64,000 bases of DNA. Source: Octopus vulgaris. Lineage: Eukaryota. The DNA is taken from positions 2,542,001 through 2,606,000 of the forward strand of contig OX597830.1 of the NCBI GenBank assembly GCA_951406725.2, read 5' to 3'. The translations under genes and the position numbers were made by a program. Below are positions 53,966 to 64,000 of the stretch, in pieces. Position 1 is the stretch's first letter, and every line of letters starts with the position of its first letter. Under the pieces are notes generated by a model that was given only the letters and a program-made list of their open reading frames with translations, was not told the DNA's origin and did no database searches.

Positions 53966-54230
53966 TAGACATATACATATATATACAGTTGAATTAGATA
54001 CTTAAGTTGAAGTATCAAGTCAGTCCGTTATTATCCACAAAGCTTGAAGTAGGGAGAATGAAAACAAAATAAGTAAGAGGATTTCAAATAGTAATGCAGT
54101 ACGATCGTTTCAAGCGTCTCCATTTAATTGAACAATGCAGTCATTACATCAATTTTTAAATACATGGAGCTGCTTGAAACAGTTGTACTGCATTACTACA
54201 TGAAACCCAGTTGCCTTTTTTGATTTTATA

Positions 54231-54297
<67 letters not shown>

Positions 54298-57200
54298 GCA
54301 TGTGTGTGTGTATATGTGCATATGTACATATATGGATGTCTATGTTTATTATTAGTTATTTGTCCATCAGTCATATATGATATCCACAGCAGAAAGCTCT
54401 GTCCCTAATTCATATTGTTTGACACCCTGTCTTTCCCTCCTTTTAATGGAAAAATGAGTGTGGGTGGTATTTTCCTTAGATTTGTGGTTAAACATTTTAT
54501 TCTGGGCCAGAGATGTTGAGAATCACTTCAGGGTCTTTTACAGCTGTGCATCGAGCATAAATATATATTAGTTTATGCCTTTACATGACAGACTGATCTG
54601 GAATGCTCAAGTAGGGTTTACAGGGAGGACCTAGTGGGAGGTCAATGCAACTGAGAAGCCGTAGTCAATGAAGAAGGAGTAGCTTTGGAAAACACCAATA
54701 GGCCAACACATTTACATAAATCAGAGTAAAAGTGAGCACCCTTAGGGCCAGGTTGAATAACTGCAGATACCATTTTAAGATCATCTACATGTGGCATTTA
54801 AAGAAGATGCAACACCATTGAATATCAACTGGTGGTTATTGGAACAATCTAGGCTGAATCTTGAGGAAGAAGAGAATTATTCTAAAATATTCACATAATA
54901 TGGATGTTCTCCTGGTCTTGGAAAGGAAAATTTTTGAATACTGTCCTCACAAATGCAAATTCATTTTGGCAACATGGTCACGTCCATTTACAAGTGATTC
55001 ATACAAAGAGAGCGATTCATACACAGCTTATGCACTCCAACCAAAACTAACACCAATCCAAGGGGGATAACTTTTCCTTCTCTCCACGAATATTTTTCAC
55101 TAAATTTTGTCCCATGATTTTTGCTACCGGTAAGCAACCAAATGTCTATGTATTTCTAGCACTAAAGAGGTTATGATTACTGAAAAGTTGTGGCTGGGTG
55201 ATAAGAAGCTTGCTTCCTAACCATATGGTTCCTAGTTCAGTCTTCTACTATAGCCTCAGGCTGACTAAAGCCTTATGAGTGGATTTGTAGATGGAAACGG
55301 AAAGAAATCCATCGTATATATATATATATATATATATTTGTGTGTGAGTGTGTTTGATTCCCACAACCACCATCGCTTAACAGGTTATGTCCCCATAACT
55401 TGACAGTTCAGCCAAAAAGATCGACAGAATATGTACAAGGCTTACAAAGAGTACTAGAATAGTAAACAAAGTTACGATATGTTAAATAAACATATTCTAG
55501 TCTCGCTATGAAAATGATTCTACCACAAGTCTCCCAGATGCCAGGCTAAAAGATCATTTGATCAGTCAATTACTTTTGACCTTTGTTAAAGCCATAATCA
55601 AAAGTCCATAGTTATGATTATTACATGAATAGTGTTAGTATGACCATGGTAGGCTCGAGTTCCTTTATTTAGTTGTGTTAAAAAAAAAAGAGGATAAGTT
55701 TTAATTACCTGGAGCAAATGGATTTATAAATGGTCAAACTGTGAGAACCTACAATTTGGTTGTGTTATTTTGACACTTGCACATAACTTCTGAGCTGTAG
55801 GTTTATGGAGTTAAGGATGCATTCAATAACTTTCCCCAGTTCAATCTTTTTTTTATGGAATTTATTATTCTTCATTTGGAATTCATCAAAGAATTGTCTT
55901 AAAGTTCATTTAGAGTAAAAAAGTGACAAATTTCAGTCAGTCACATCATGGAACTGCATGTTCATATTATGGCAGTCACATCTGAGCAGAGCAAGAAACG
56001 GAGAGGCTTTGTAATTGACAAGAATTTTGGTAGCTTAACAACAAATGTTGAACACAAATCGAAAGTAATCTGTTTTGCTTTCAATTTGTTTTTCTGTCAT
56101 AACCCACTGAATTACAAATCATCTATGCACAATATTTCTGTGTATATTTCTATGAAAAACTAAAGATTAAGCAACATTGAATGTTTAATTTGAGGCGAAT
56201 GTGAAGTGTTCTGTAAAAATACATTCATGTAATATAATTCTCATTGAACAGAGCTAATTGGAAATAAATAGCAACACTTGTTCTTAATTTATTGAAGCTT
56301 GAAATATATTCTGGAAAGCAGGAAAGGAAGTAATCATCTTGAAATTAAATGAAAATGTAAAAAGAAAAACCAAAAAAAAAAAACACCAGCCTTTTATAGT
56401 ATTCTCTTGTATTAGCTTATTAACATCTGAGATGAATATTACCATTTCTAGAGAACAACAATTTTGTTAGCACCAGAAAGGCTGGAAGGAAGTTGAATGA
56501 ACGTATAATAGATTAGACTTCAATATAATGGAAAGTCGATTGTCTCAAATAATTGACAACCCTACTGTTAAAAGTGCTCAGCTCTATTTCCTACAGAAAC
56601 AAAAAAGAAAAAAAATGAGATAATCCTCCTAAAGTTTGCAATCCGTTGGCCTGAGTCCATTCACAAATTATCAATGAAATCAGTTCCCATTAAGCAGGAC
56701 TGATCCACCAGTTAGATCCTACAATGTAGTGCCAAATATTGCTAAGTCTAAAACTGACCGATAAACATGCAACAATGCCACCCAAGTGAAATGATGTTTT
56801 TGTAAAGGCTGACCATGTAGGAAATAAAGTAAGCGTCACTGGTGACCCTCACCCCCAAATAAAAAAAAACTAAACCCAGGAAGAAAAAATATGAGGTTTA
56901 TTTATCAAAGTGGAATAAGAAGAAGTTTAAATGTAACAAAAAGAATCTTTTTTAGAGAAGAAATTCATTTGATTTGATTTTAGTCCATTTTCGTCATAGT
57001 GAAAATTAAGTCTGTTTAACGTTTCCCTCCACTGACCCCTTTGTCTTTGAACAGACCATACTTTACTACTCATGCCCACCCCCATCTAATATGTGCACAG
57101 TCCACATGTTACCAGCCATATTATCAATACTCACGAAACAAATATGGTGTGGCTGTATTTGACAAATAAATGACCACCACCTCTGACCAGAGTTGACCAG

Positions 57201-59098
57201 TTATCAGAGACAATTTGAATTCATAATGTTTGCATTTATGACAACATAGCTGAAACTTTTCAATGGATCATTTCGTTGAGCATTTGGCTTGAAGTGGTTC
57301 CAATGTTGCAGTATCAACCCTGGATCTATACATTTAATGTTTTCCTTGTGAGCTCTTTGTGTGACAACTATTTACTTATTGAATAAAAACAGATATGGAC
57401 AATAGCATAACTGCAAGCTGTGGTCATCACAAGGTTGGATCTTATATCTGGCCATTATAACAAGGTGTTAAACAACAGAGGATTTAGTTGGAGAGAGAGA
57501 AGAACAGAGAATGAAGAAAAACAAATTGAAAAAACCATCAGCGCAGGCAGTTCTGACAAAAGACTCTGACCAACAGCATCCATTCAAAGCAGTCCACATC
57601 AACCAGCCTCCATAAGAATGCCATGAATGACAATGGCATTCTTGTAAAGATGAACAACGGCAAGATAGATTTAGAAACTCTGTTAAAAGCACGTGTTGGT
57701 GTGGCAGGCATCAGAGCATTCCTACATGAAAGAATTATTTGAAGTAGAAATGCTTAAATTCCATATTGTCAAAAATGTACTGAAACCTAAGAATGTTTTT
57801 CCTCTCTAGAAAAACCATTGACATGATTGAACAATTTGCTGTTCCTTATGAGGAAATTCCTATATTTATTTAGAGACCATCTACTAAAATCCAGTGCAAC
57901 ACTATTGCCTGTATTATTTCTTTGTTTTTATCTTGATTTCTTTTTGTTTTGGGATTTAGATTGCAAGATTCTTGATGTGAATTTGTGAGGAGAAACAAAT
58001 CCTATGATTTGGAGAGTCAAGGCAGACCTTGAAGTAAGACAGAATGTCATTGACGAGGTTGTAAATAGTGATGAAAGGACATTAATAAACAAACAACTGA
58101 TTAATTGCTTAAACAACACATTAAACAAACTATAAATTAGTTGGTTGGTTAGATATTTAACCAATTGACCCACAATAAAGAAGTGATATTGAACCAGTGT
58201 GTGTGTTATTCTCATCATTGGCATAATGACCCTCCAAAGATACAACAATATGTCTTTATTTCTATTTCTTTTTCTATCTTCTGTCAGTTCATCTAGCTTT
58301 ATTTTCTTTGAGTGATATCAACTATTCTTTTAAAATATTAACCTCTCTAATCTTGAAGGAAGAAAAAGCTATTATTGCTAGAAGCTTCTTGGCAACAATT
58401 GTTTTCTTTCCTTTACTTTTTTAATTATCAGAAGATAAATAATTATAAAAGCATAATTTAAAAATGCATAAATTAGATTACCATGGTAACTGTACATTTT
58501 ATTTCAAAAAGAAATAGATGATAAAATCAAAAGTGATTCTCAAAAATTTGGAAATTTCCTGCACGCCCCATCCCACCCAATTCCCCATTGACATACGCTT
58601 CAGCCTCCTTGGTTCTGACTATTGTAAAGTAATTATTTATTATTCATCAGAATTTTAAGTTAGGCTAAGTATTCAGAGTTAAAGGTAATTTAATTCGTCA
58701 ATAGATCAGCTACAGTTGGAGTATGGAGGAGATGATGATGATGATGATGGGGAGGAGGAGGAGGAGGAGAGACCACTGGTGCCACTGCTGACAGCGTAGG
58801 TAGTGATGACAATGGCAATGACAATGACAATGATGATGATGATGATGATGATGAGCAATTATGTGCATTAATGGTAGAAGGAGGAAAAAGTAATTATAAT
58901 ACATATAGTATGGTAGACAAGAAAGATTACTGCTTCGACAAGAACTCAAAGAGAGAGAGAGAGAGAGAGGAAGAGGAGAGTGTGAGAGAAATAGAGAGAG
59001 AGAGAGAGAGAGAGAAACTATGAAATTCTATTTCCCTGAAGAAATTAAAAATTAAGAAAAAATACATAAATATACATGAGTGGGAATGTATGTTTATA

Positions 59099-59144
<46 letters not shown>

Positions 59145-59305
59145 CATGTGTCTGTGTGTGCAGGTGCATGTGCATGTGTGTATATGTGTGTGTGAGCGTA
59201 TCTGTGTGTGTGTGTGTGTGTGTGTTTTATGCTCATTTATGCCTTAAAATATAAGAGTGAGATTTGCAAGGGTCTATCAGAAATGTTAGGGAAACCTTAC
59301 ATTAA

Positions 59306-59670
59306 CCCTTTTGATATCAACCCACCTGTAACTTCTGCTTCTGTGGTATAAATTCCTTGATTTAAAGTGATCTAAATGAATGGTTTCCATCAAAATTCCA
59401 GACACAAGCATAATGGTAACTAAGTTGGTCTACAAGTTCTTAATTATTTTCAAAATTAATGGTGGCTCGTAAAAAGCACCCAACACACTCTGTAAAGTGG
59501 TTGACATTAGGCTGAGAAACAATTGAAGTCTGGACAACACCCCAGCTGGTCAGCTCCATGTCAAACCACACAACACATGGCAGCATTGCAAATAGATATT
59601 AGATGATGATGACGACGAGGATGAGGAGGAAGAGACAGTATATTTTGCCAAAAATATGCTAGTAAGAGGG
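59306..59670. mobile_element. piggyBac-like MITE with a nested RTE-tail fragment
   Basis: TTAA-CCCTT...AGAGGG-TTAA. An RTE 3' tail with (GAT)n sits inside at ~59460-59630. The right end resembles the sequence starting at 1739. Confidence 0.6.
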
Positions 59671-59925
59671 TTAAAACATAGCCTTTTATTTTATACCCTT
59701 TATTATCTATGTACCAGTAATTAGCTCATCTTGGATGAATTTGACCAAGATAAATAAAAATAAGATAAAATTGAAGAGATTCTAGAATACTATCTAACAA
59801 TAATTAAATACGCCACTCCAGTATCCAGTGCAGGACAATGTAAGATATCAACCTCTGGAAATGGAAGTGTGTGTAATACAAACCAAATAATAGAAATAAT
59901 TATGCAATACGGAAAACAAGCATAG

Positions 59926-60150
59926 TATTCAATGGTTTCATAGAACATACACATGTTTCAACAAAATGATATAATAATTACATAACAGTTATAAAAATAT
60001 TATACAATCTTGCACTTCACCTCATCAGTGTTCCACAATAGATACCACTAAAATGGCAAAGTGCAATATTGCATAATATTTCTATATCTGTTGTGTAATA
60101 ATTATAGCATTTTGATGAAACACGTGTATTGTTCTATAAAGAATTGAATG
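59926..60150. repeat. ~90-bp inverted repeat containing a hammerhead-like motif
   Basis: Arms ~59926-60016 and ~60060-60150. Minus strand 60033 to 59943 reads gaaca-CTGATGA-~65 nt-GAAA-CATGTG-TA-tgttc. Confidence 0.7.
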
Positions 60151-60182
60151 CCATACCTGCTTTATATATATATATTTATATA

Positions 60183-61292
60183 TGGGGTGGGTGCACTGAA
60201 AATGTAGCTGCTGGAATAAGAATAGCCTGGGCAAAGTTCAGAGAGCTCTTACCTCTGCTGGTGACAAAGGGCCTCTCACTCAGAGTAAACGGAACACTGT
60301 ATGACGCATGTGTACGAACAGCCATGCTACATGGCAGTGAAACATGGGCCACGACTGTTGAGGACATGTGTAAGCTTGGAAGGAATGAAGCCAGTATGCT
60401 CCACTGGATGTGTAATGTTAGTGTGCATACTCAACAGAATGCAAGTACCTTGAAAGAAAAGTTGGACCTAAGAAGCATCAGATGTGGTATGCAAGAGAGA
60501 CAACTGCATTGGTATGGTCATGTGGCAAGAATGGATGAGGATAGCTGTGTGAAAAAGTGCCACACCCTAGCGGTTGAGGGAACCTGTGGAAGAGGTAGAC
60601 ACAGGAAGACCTGGGATGAAGTGGTGAAGCATGACCTTCGAATATTAGGCCTCACCAAGGTAATGACTAGTGACTGAGACATTTGGAAATATGCTATGCT
60701 TGAGAAGATCTGGCAAGCCAAGTGAGACCATAACCCATGGCCTACACCAGGGGTATAACCAGCCCCCTTATGCGTACCTTTCCTTCATTGGACACTAAAC
60801 TCTGTTTGCAAAGACTTGGTGAGGCAAGTGAAATCAAGGCAAAATCAAATTCTATGACTGGCATCTGTGCTAGTGGAGCACTAAGAGCACCATCGAAGTG
60901 TGATTGTTGCCAGAGCAGCCGACTGGCTTCTGTGCCAGTGACACTTGATTGTGACCAGCTTCGCCTTACTGGCACTTGTGCTGGCAGCACATGAAAAACA
61001 TTCGAGAGTGATCGTTGTCAGTGTCGCTGGACTGGCTCCTGTGCAGTTGGCACATAAAAAACACCATTTGAGTGTAGCCGTTGCCAGTACCACCTGACTA
61101 GACCTCATGCCAGTGGCACGTAAAAGCACCCACTACACTCTCGGAGTGGTTAGCATTAGGAAGGGCATCCAGCTGTAGAAATTCTGCCAGATCAGAATGG
61201 AGCCTGGTGCAGCCATCTGGTTCGCCAGCCTTCAGTCAAATTGTCCAACACATGCCAGCATGGAAAGTGAATGTTAAACGATGATGATGATG
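60183..61292 (+). mobile_element. Short 3' fragment of the RTE LINE
   Basis: 'RIRIAWAKFRELLPLL'-like motif, 'HGSETWA' and 'WYGHVARM', followed by diverged 3'UTR repeats and a (GAT)n tail. Confidence 0.92.
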
Positions 61293-61669
61293 ATATATAT
61301 GTGCATACACAAAGAATGTATGAATGTATATATGCAAGTATGTAGATAATCTACACAACACATGAAAATTAGCCTAATCACATATTTTTCACCAAACATG
61401 CTCAAAAGATTTCACATAAAAAATATCAAGTCTCTACATGGAATGAATAAAAAGAAATAATATTTTTCTGTTACATGATGGAAACAAAATAGACACATTC
61501 CTACCTCACGGCATGACTGATGTAACATTTCTATAAACAACAAATATGTGCGTGTATGTGTGTATGTGTGCATGTGTTTATATATATATTATTTATATGC
61601 ATATGTGTGTGTGCTTATATATATTATTTATATGTGTGTGTGTGTGTGCATGTATGCATTTATATATAT

Positions 61670-62049
61670 CATCATCGTCGTCGTCGTTTAATGTCCGCTT
61701 TCCATTCTGGCATGGGTTGGATGGTTTGACTGAGGGCTAGTGAGCCAGGAGGCCACATCAGGCTTCAGTCTGATCTGGCAATGCTTCTACAGCTGGATGT
61801 GCTTCCCAGTGCCAACCACTCCAAGTGTGTAGTAGATGCCACCAGCACAGGAGCCAGTCAGGGGTCACTGGCATCAACCACCTTCAGATGGTGCTTTTTT
61901 ACGTGCCGCTGGTCCACACACACATAATTACCCAAGCGTACACCAGTGTAAATATTGATGGGAGCAATCAACTGAAATGCAGCATAGGCTGGACTATGAT
62001 TATAGATGAATTGATTATTCTGTGTGTGTTGTCTCCATTTTCTTTATGC

Positions 62050-62113
<64 letters not shown>

Positions 62114-62585
62114 GTATGTATATATAAATATATCATCATCATCATCGTTTAACGTCCGCTTTCCATGCTAGCATGGGTTGGACGATTTGACTGAGGAATG
62201 GCGAACAAGATGGCTGCACCAGGCTCCAATCTGATCTGGCAGAGTTTCTACAGCTGCAGCTGGATGCCATTCCTAACGCCAACCACTCCGAGAGTGTAGT
62301 GGGTGCATTTATGTGCCACCGGCATGAGGGCCAGTCAGGCAGTACTGGCAACAGCCACACTCAAATGGTGTTTTTTACATGCCACCTGCACAGAAGCCAG
62401 TCCATCGGCACTGGTAACAACCTCGCTTGAATGTTTTGTTCACGTGCCACCAACACAAGCACCAGTAAGGCGATGCTGGTAATGATCTTGCTTGAATGGT
62501 GCTTTTTACATGCCACTGGCATGGAAGCCAGTTAGCTACTCTGGCAACAATCATTCTCATATAGTCTCTTAGTGCTCCACTAGCC
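61670..62585 (-). mobile_element. Two RTE 3'-tail fragments (~61670-61915 and ~62135-62585)
   Basis: (CAT)n-'gtttaacgtccgctttccatgctagcatgggttgga...' is homologous to 44447 onward. Confidence 0.85.
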
Positions 62586-62598
62586 CAATATATGTATG

Positions 62599-62637
<39 letters not shown>

Positions 62638-62696
62638 TAATGGTGAATTGAAGAAATGGAGCTGAACGAAGATTGAACAGAAATCGTTTTATTTCA

Positions 62697-62776
62697 TTCT
62701 ACACGTGTTTCGAAAGGCACAATTTACCAAAATCCGATTGAATAATGAGACCATATTGTGTCTTTCTCTTCAGGAA
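62697..62776 (-). ncRNA. Intact minimal hammerhead ribozyme in an inverted Penelope pLTR
   Basis: Minus strand: ttc-CTGAAGA-GAAAGACACAAT...ATTGTGCCTTTC-GAAA-CACGTG-TA-gaa. Stem II is 12 bp with one mismatch, and stem III is the perfect palindrome ACACGTGT. Confidence 0.82.
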
Positions 62777-63270
62777 GAAATAGGAAATCCGTTGGAAAAC
62801 AAAAACAGAACAGAGGCGGAGCAAAACAAATCGAACTAGGCTCCTAAGAGCCCATGGCAAAACTGTTTATCAGTGTATGTTGAGAACCGGTGGCTGAAGA
62901 ATTTAACGGGTCAGGCAGCGGTCATTCATGTGGGTGAGGGTGTGTAGATGTTCTTTGTGACCGAGAATAAAGTTCTGACTATTTAAGGAATATTGGATGT
63001 TTTATAAGGGGCGAGAAAAAATCTACTTAGAGACATGTGTGTGTATACTGTTCTATATATGTGTGTGCTGGCGTAGGTTGGTAAGACCTCCGTCAAGGGG
63101 CAGAGAACATTTTTTGTGTACGTGTGTGCGTTTGATCGCTCGGCTGTCAGTGGTTAAGCCGCTCTACACAATGGCTACTGCAGTAAGAACCGTTGGGTGG
63201 CAGGAAAAAATATATTATGTTTTATGTGTGTGTGTGTTCGTCTGAACATTAATAGAACGGACATTAATAA

Positions 63271-64000
63271 AAGGACATTAATAGAACGGACGGAGTCCTG
63301 GTCCAGTCCGACAAGACCAGGAACACATACAAGCTACCCATTAAGCAGTACCTAGATTTACTCGGTAAAGAGATCAAGAAAAATTATAGAAAAACCAATT
63401 GGAGTACCCTGAGGAAGGTAAACTTGGAAATTAAGGAAATAATATTTAAACACCGAATTCAAATGAGAACTCAGCCGCTTAGCCCTAAGCAACCCAGATT
63501 TATAGTGAAGGACCATAAACCGAACTTCCACACCAACCCAGCGCTAAGACTCATATGCCCTGCTAGATCTGATATCGGGATAATCAGTAAGTACATTTTA
63601 GATAAATATATCCCTAGTTTAGTAAACAAGCTGAAGCTCAGTCTCTGGGCCAACTCCTCGCAGGTAGTGAAGTGGTTCTCTTCCATCCCCAATAAGAACC
63701 GTACTAGGTTCATTCAGTTTGATATCGCCAGCTTCTACCCCTCGACTAACCCTAGTGTGCTAAATAAGGCCCTTTGGCATGCTCACAACAAGGCTGGCCT
63801 CACCAGAGAAGAGATAGATATCATTTTAGTTGCCAGGAAATCGTTTATTAAGTTTGATAATAAGTTGTGGATCCGTAAAGATACTCCCAATGAATTTGAT
63901 GTGCCTATGGGTAGTTCGGATAGTGCGCAGATAGCCGATTTGGTCGGAATATATATTCTCTACGAATTGTCCGACCAATTCCCGGAGATCGCGGGCGGCC
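63271..64000 (+). CDS. Naiad-type Penelope reverse transcriptase (5'-truncated, runs off window)
   Basis: Hand-translated stop-free frame: 'SDKTRNTY...KDHKPNFHTNPALRLICP..SDIGIISKYILD...FIQFDIASFYPS...FDVPMGSSDSAQIADLVGIYIL...GG'. It is preceded by an inverted tail (~62640-63245) and a triplicated ~15-bp junction sequence. Confidence 0.9.

Noticed and set aside
58477-58492. RFX X-box-like palindrome TTACCATGGTAAC
   Set aside because: It is a single short motif with no supporting context.
62885-62932. SECIS-like stem (ATGA...AAA...) on the minus strand of the Naiad tail
   Set aside because: The 3' GA needed for the non-Watson-Crick quartet is absent and the helix has mismatches. A SECIS search would settle it.

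Overview
This is AT-rich eukaryotic (animal) DNA packed with microsatellites and transposons. The SINE, LINE and microsatellite repertoire suggests a cephalopod such as Octopus (inference, not verified). I found no convincing host gene, rRNA, true tRNA gene or CRISPR array, and most listed ORFs are microsatellite artefacts. DNA transposons: a near-intact mariner (13.1-14.4 kb), a Tc1 with long IR/DR ends (15.6-17.2 kb), decayed mariner, maT and hAT copies, a non-autonomous Helitron, and hAT- and piggyBac-like MITEs. Retroelements: RTE LINEs with a PHD-like finger, R4/Dong-like and Hero-like LINE remnants, many tRNA-derived SINEs, and four Penelope-like elements (two Neptune-type, two Naiad-type). 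One Naiad RT frame is open but missing from the ORF track. The most notable signal is about ten minimal hammerhead-ribozyme motifs, intact or decayed, mostly in inverted Penelope-type tails near (TA)n tracts. One of these is a palindromic element at 34.2-34.6 kb joining a tRNA-like Pol III head to a hammerhead tail, a candidate Penelope-mobilised ribozyme SINE.
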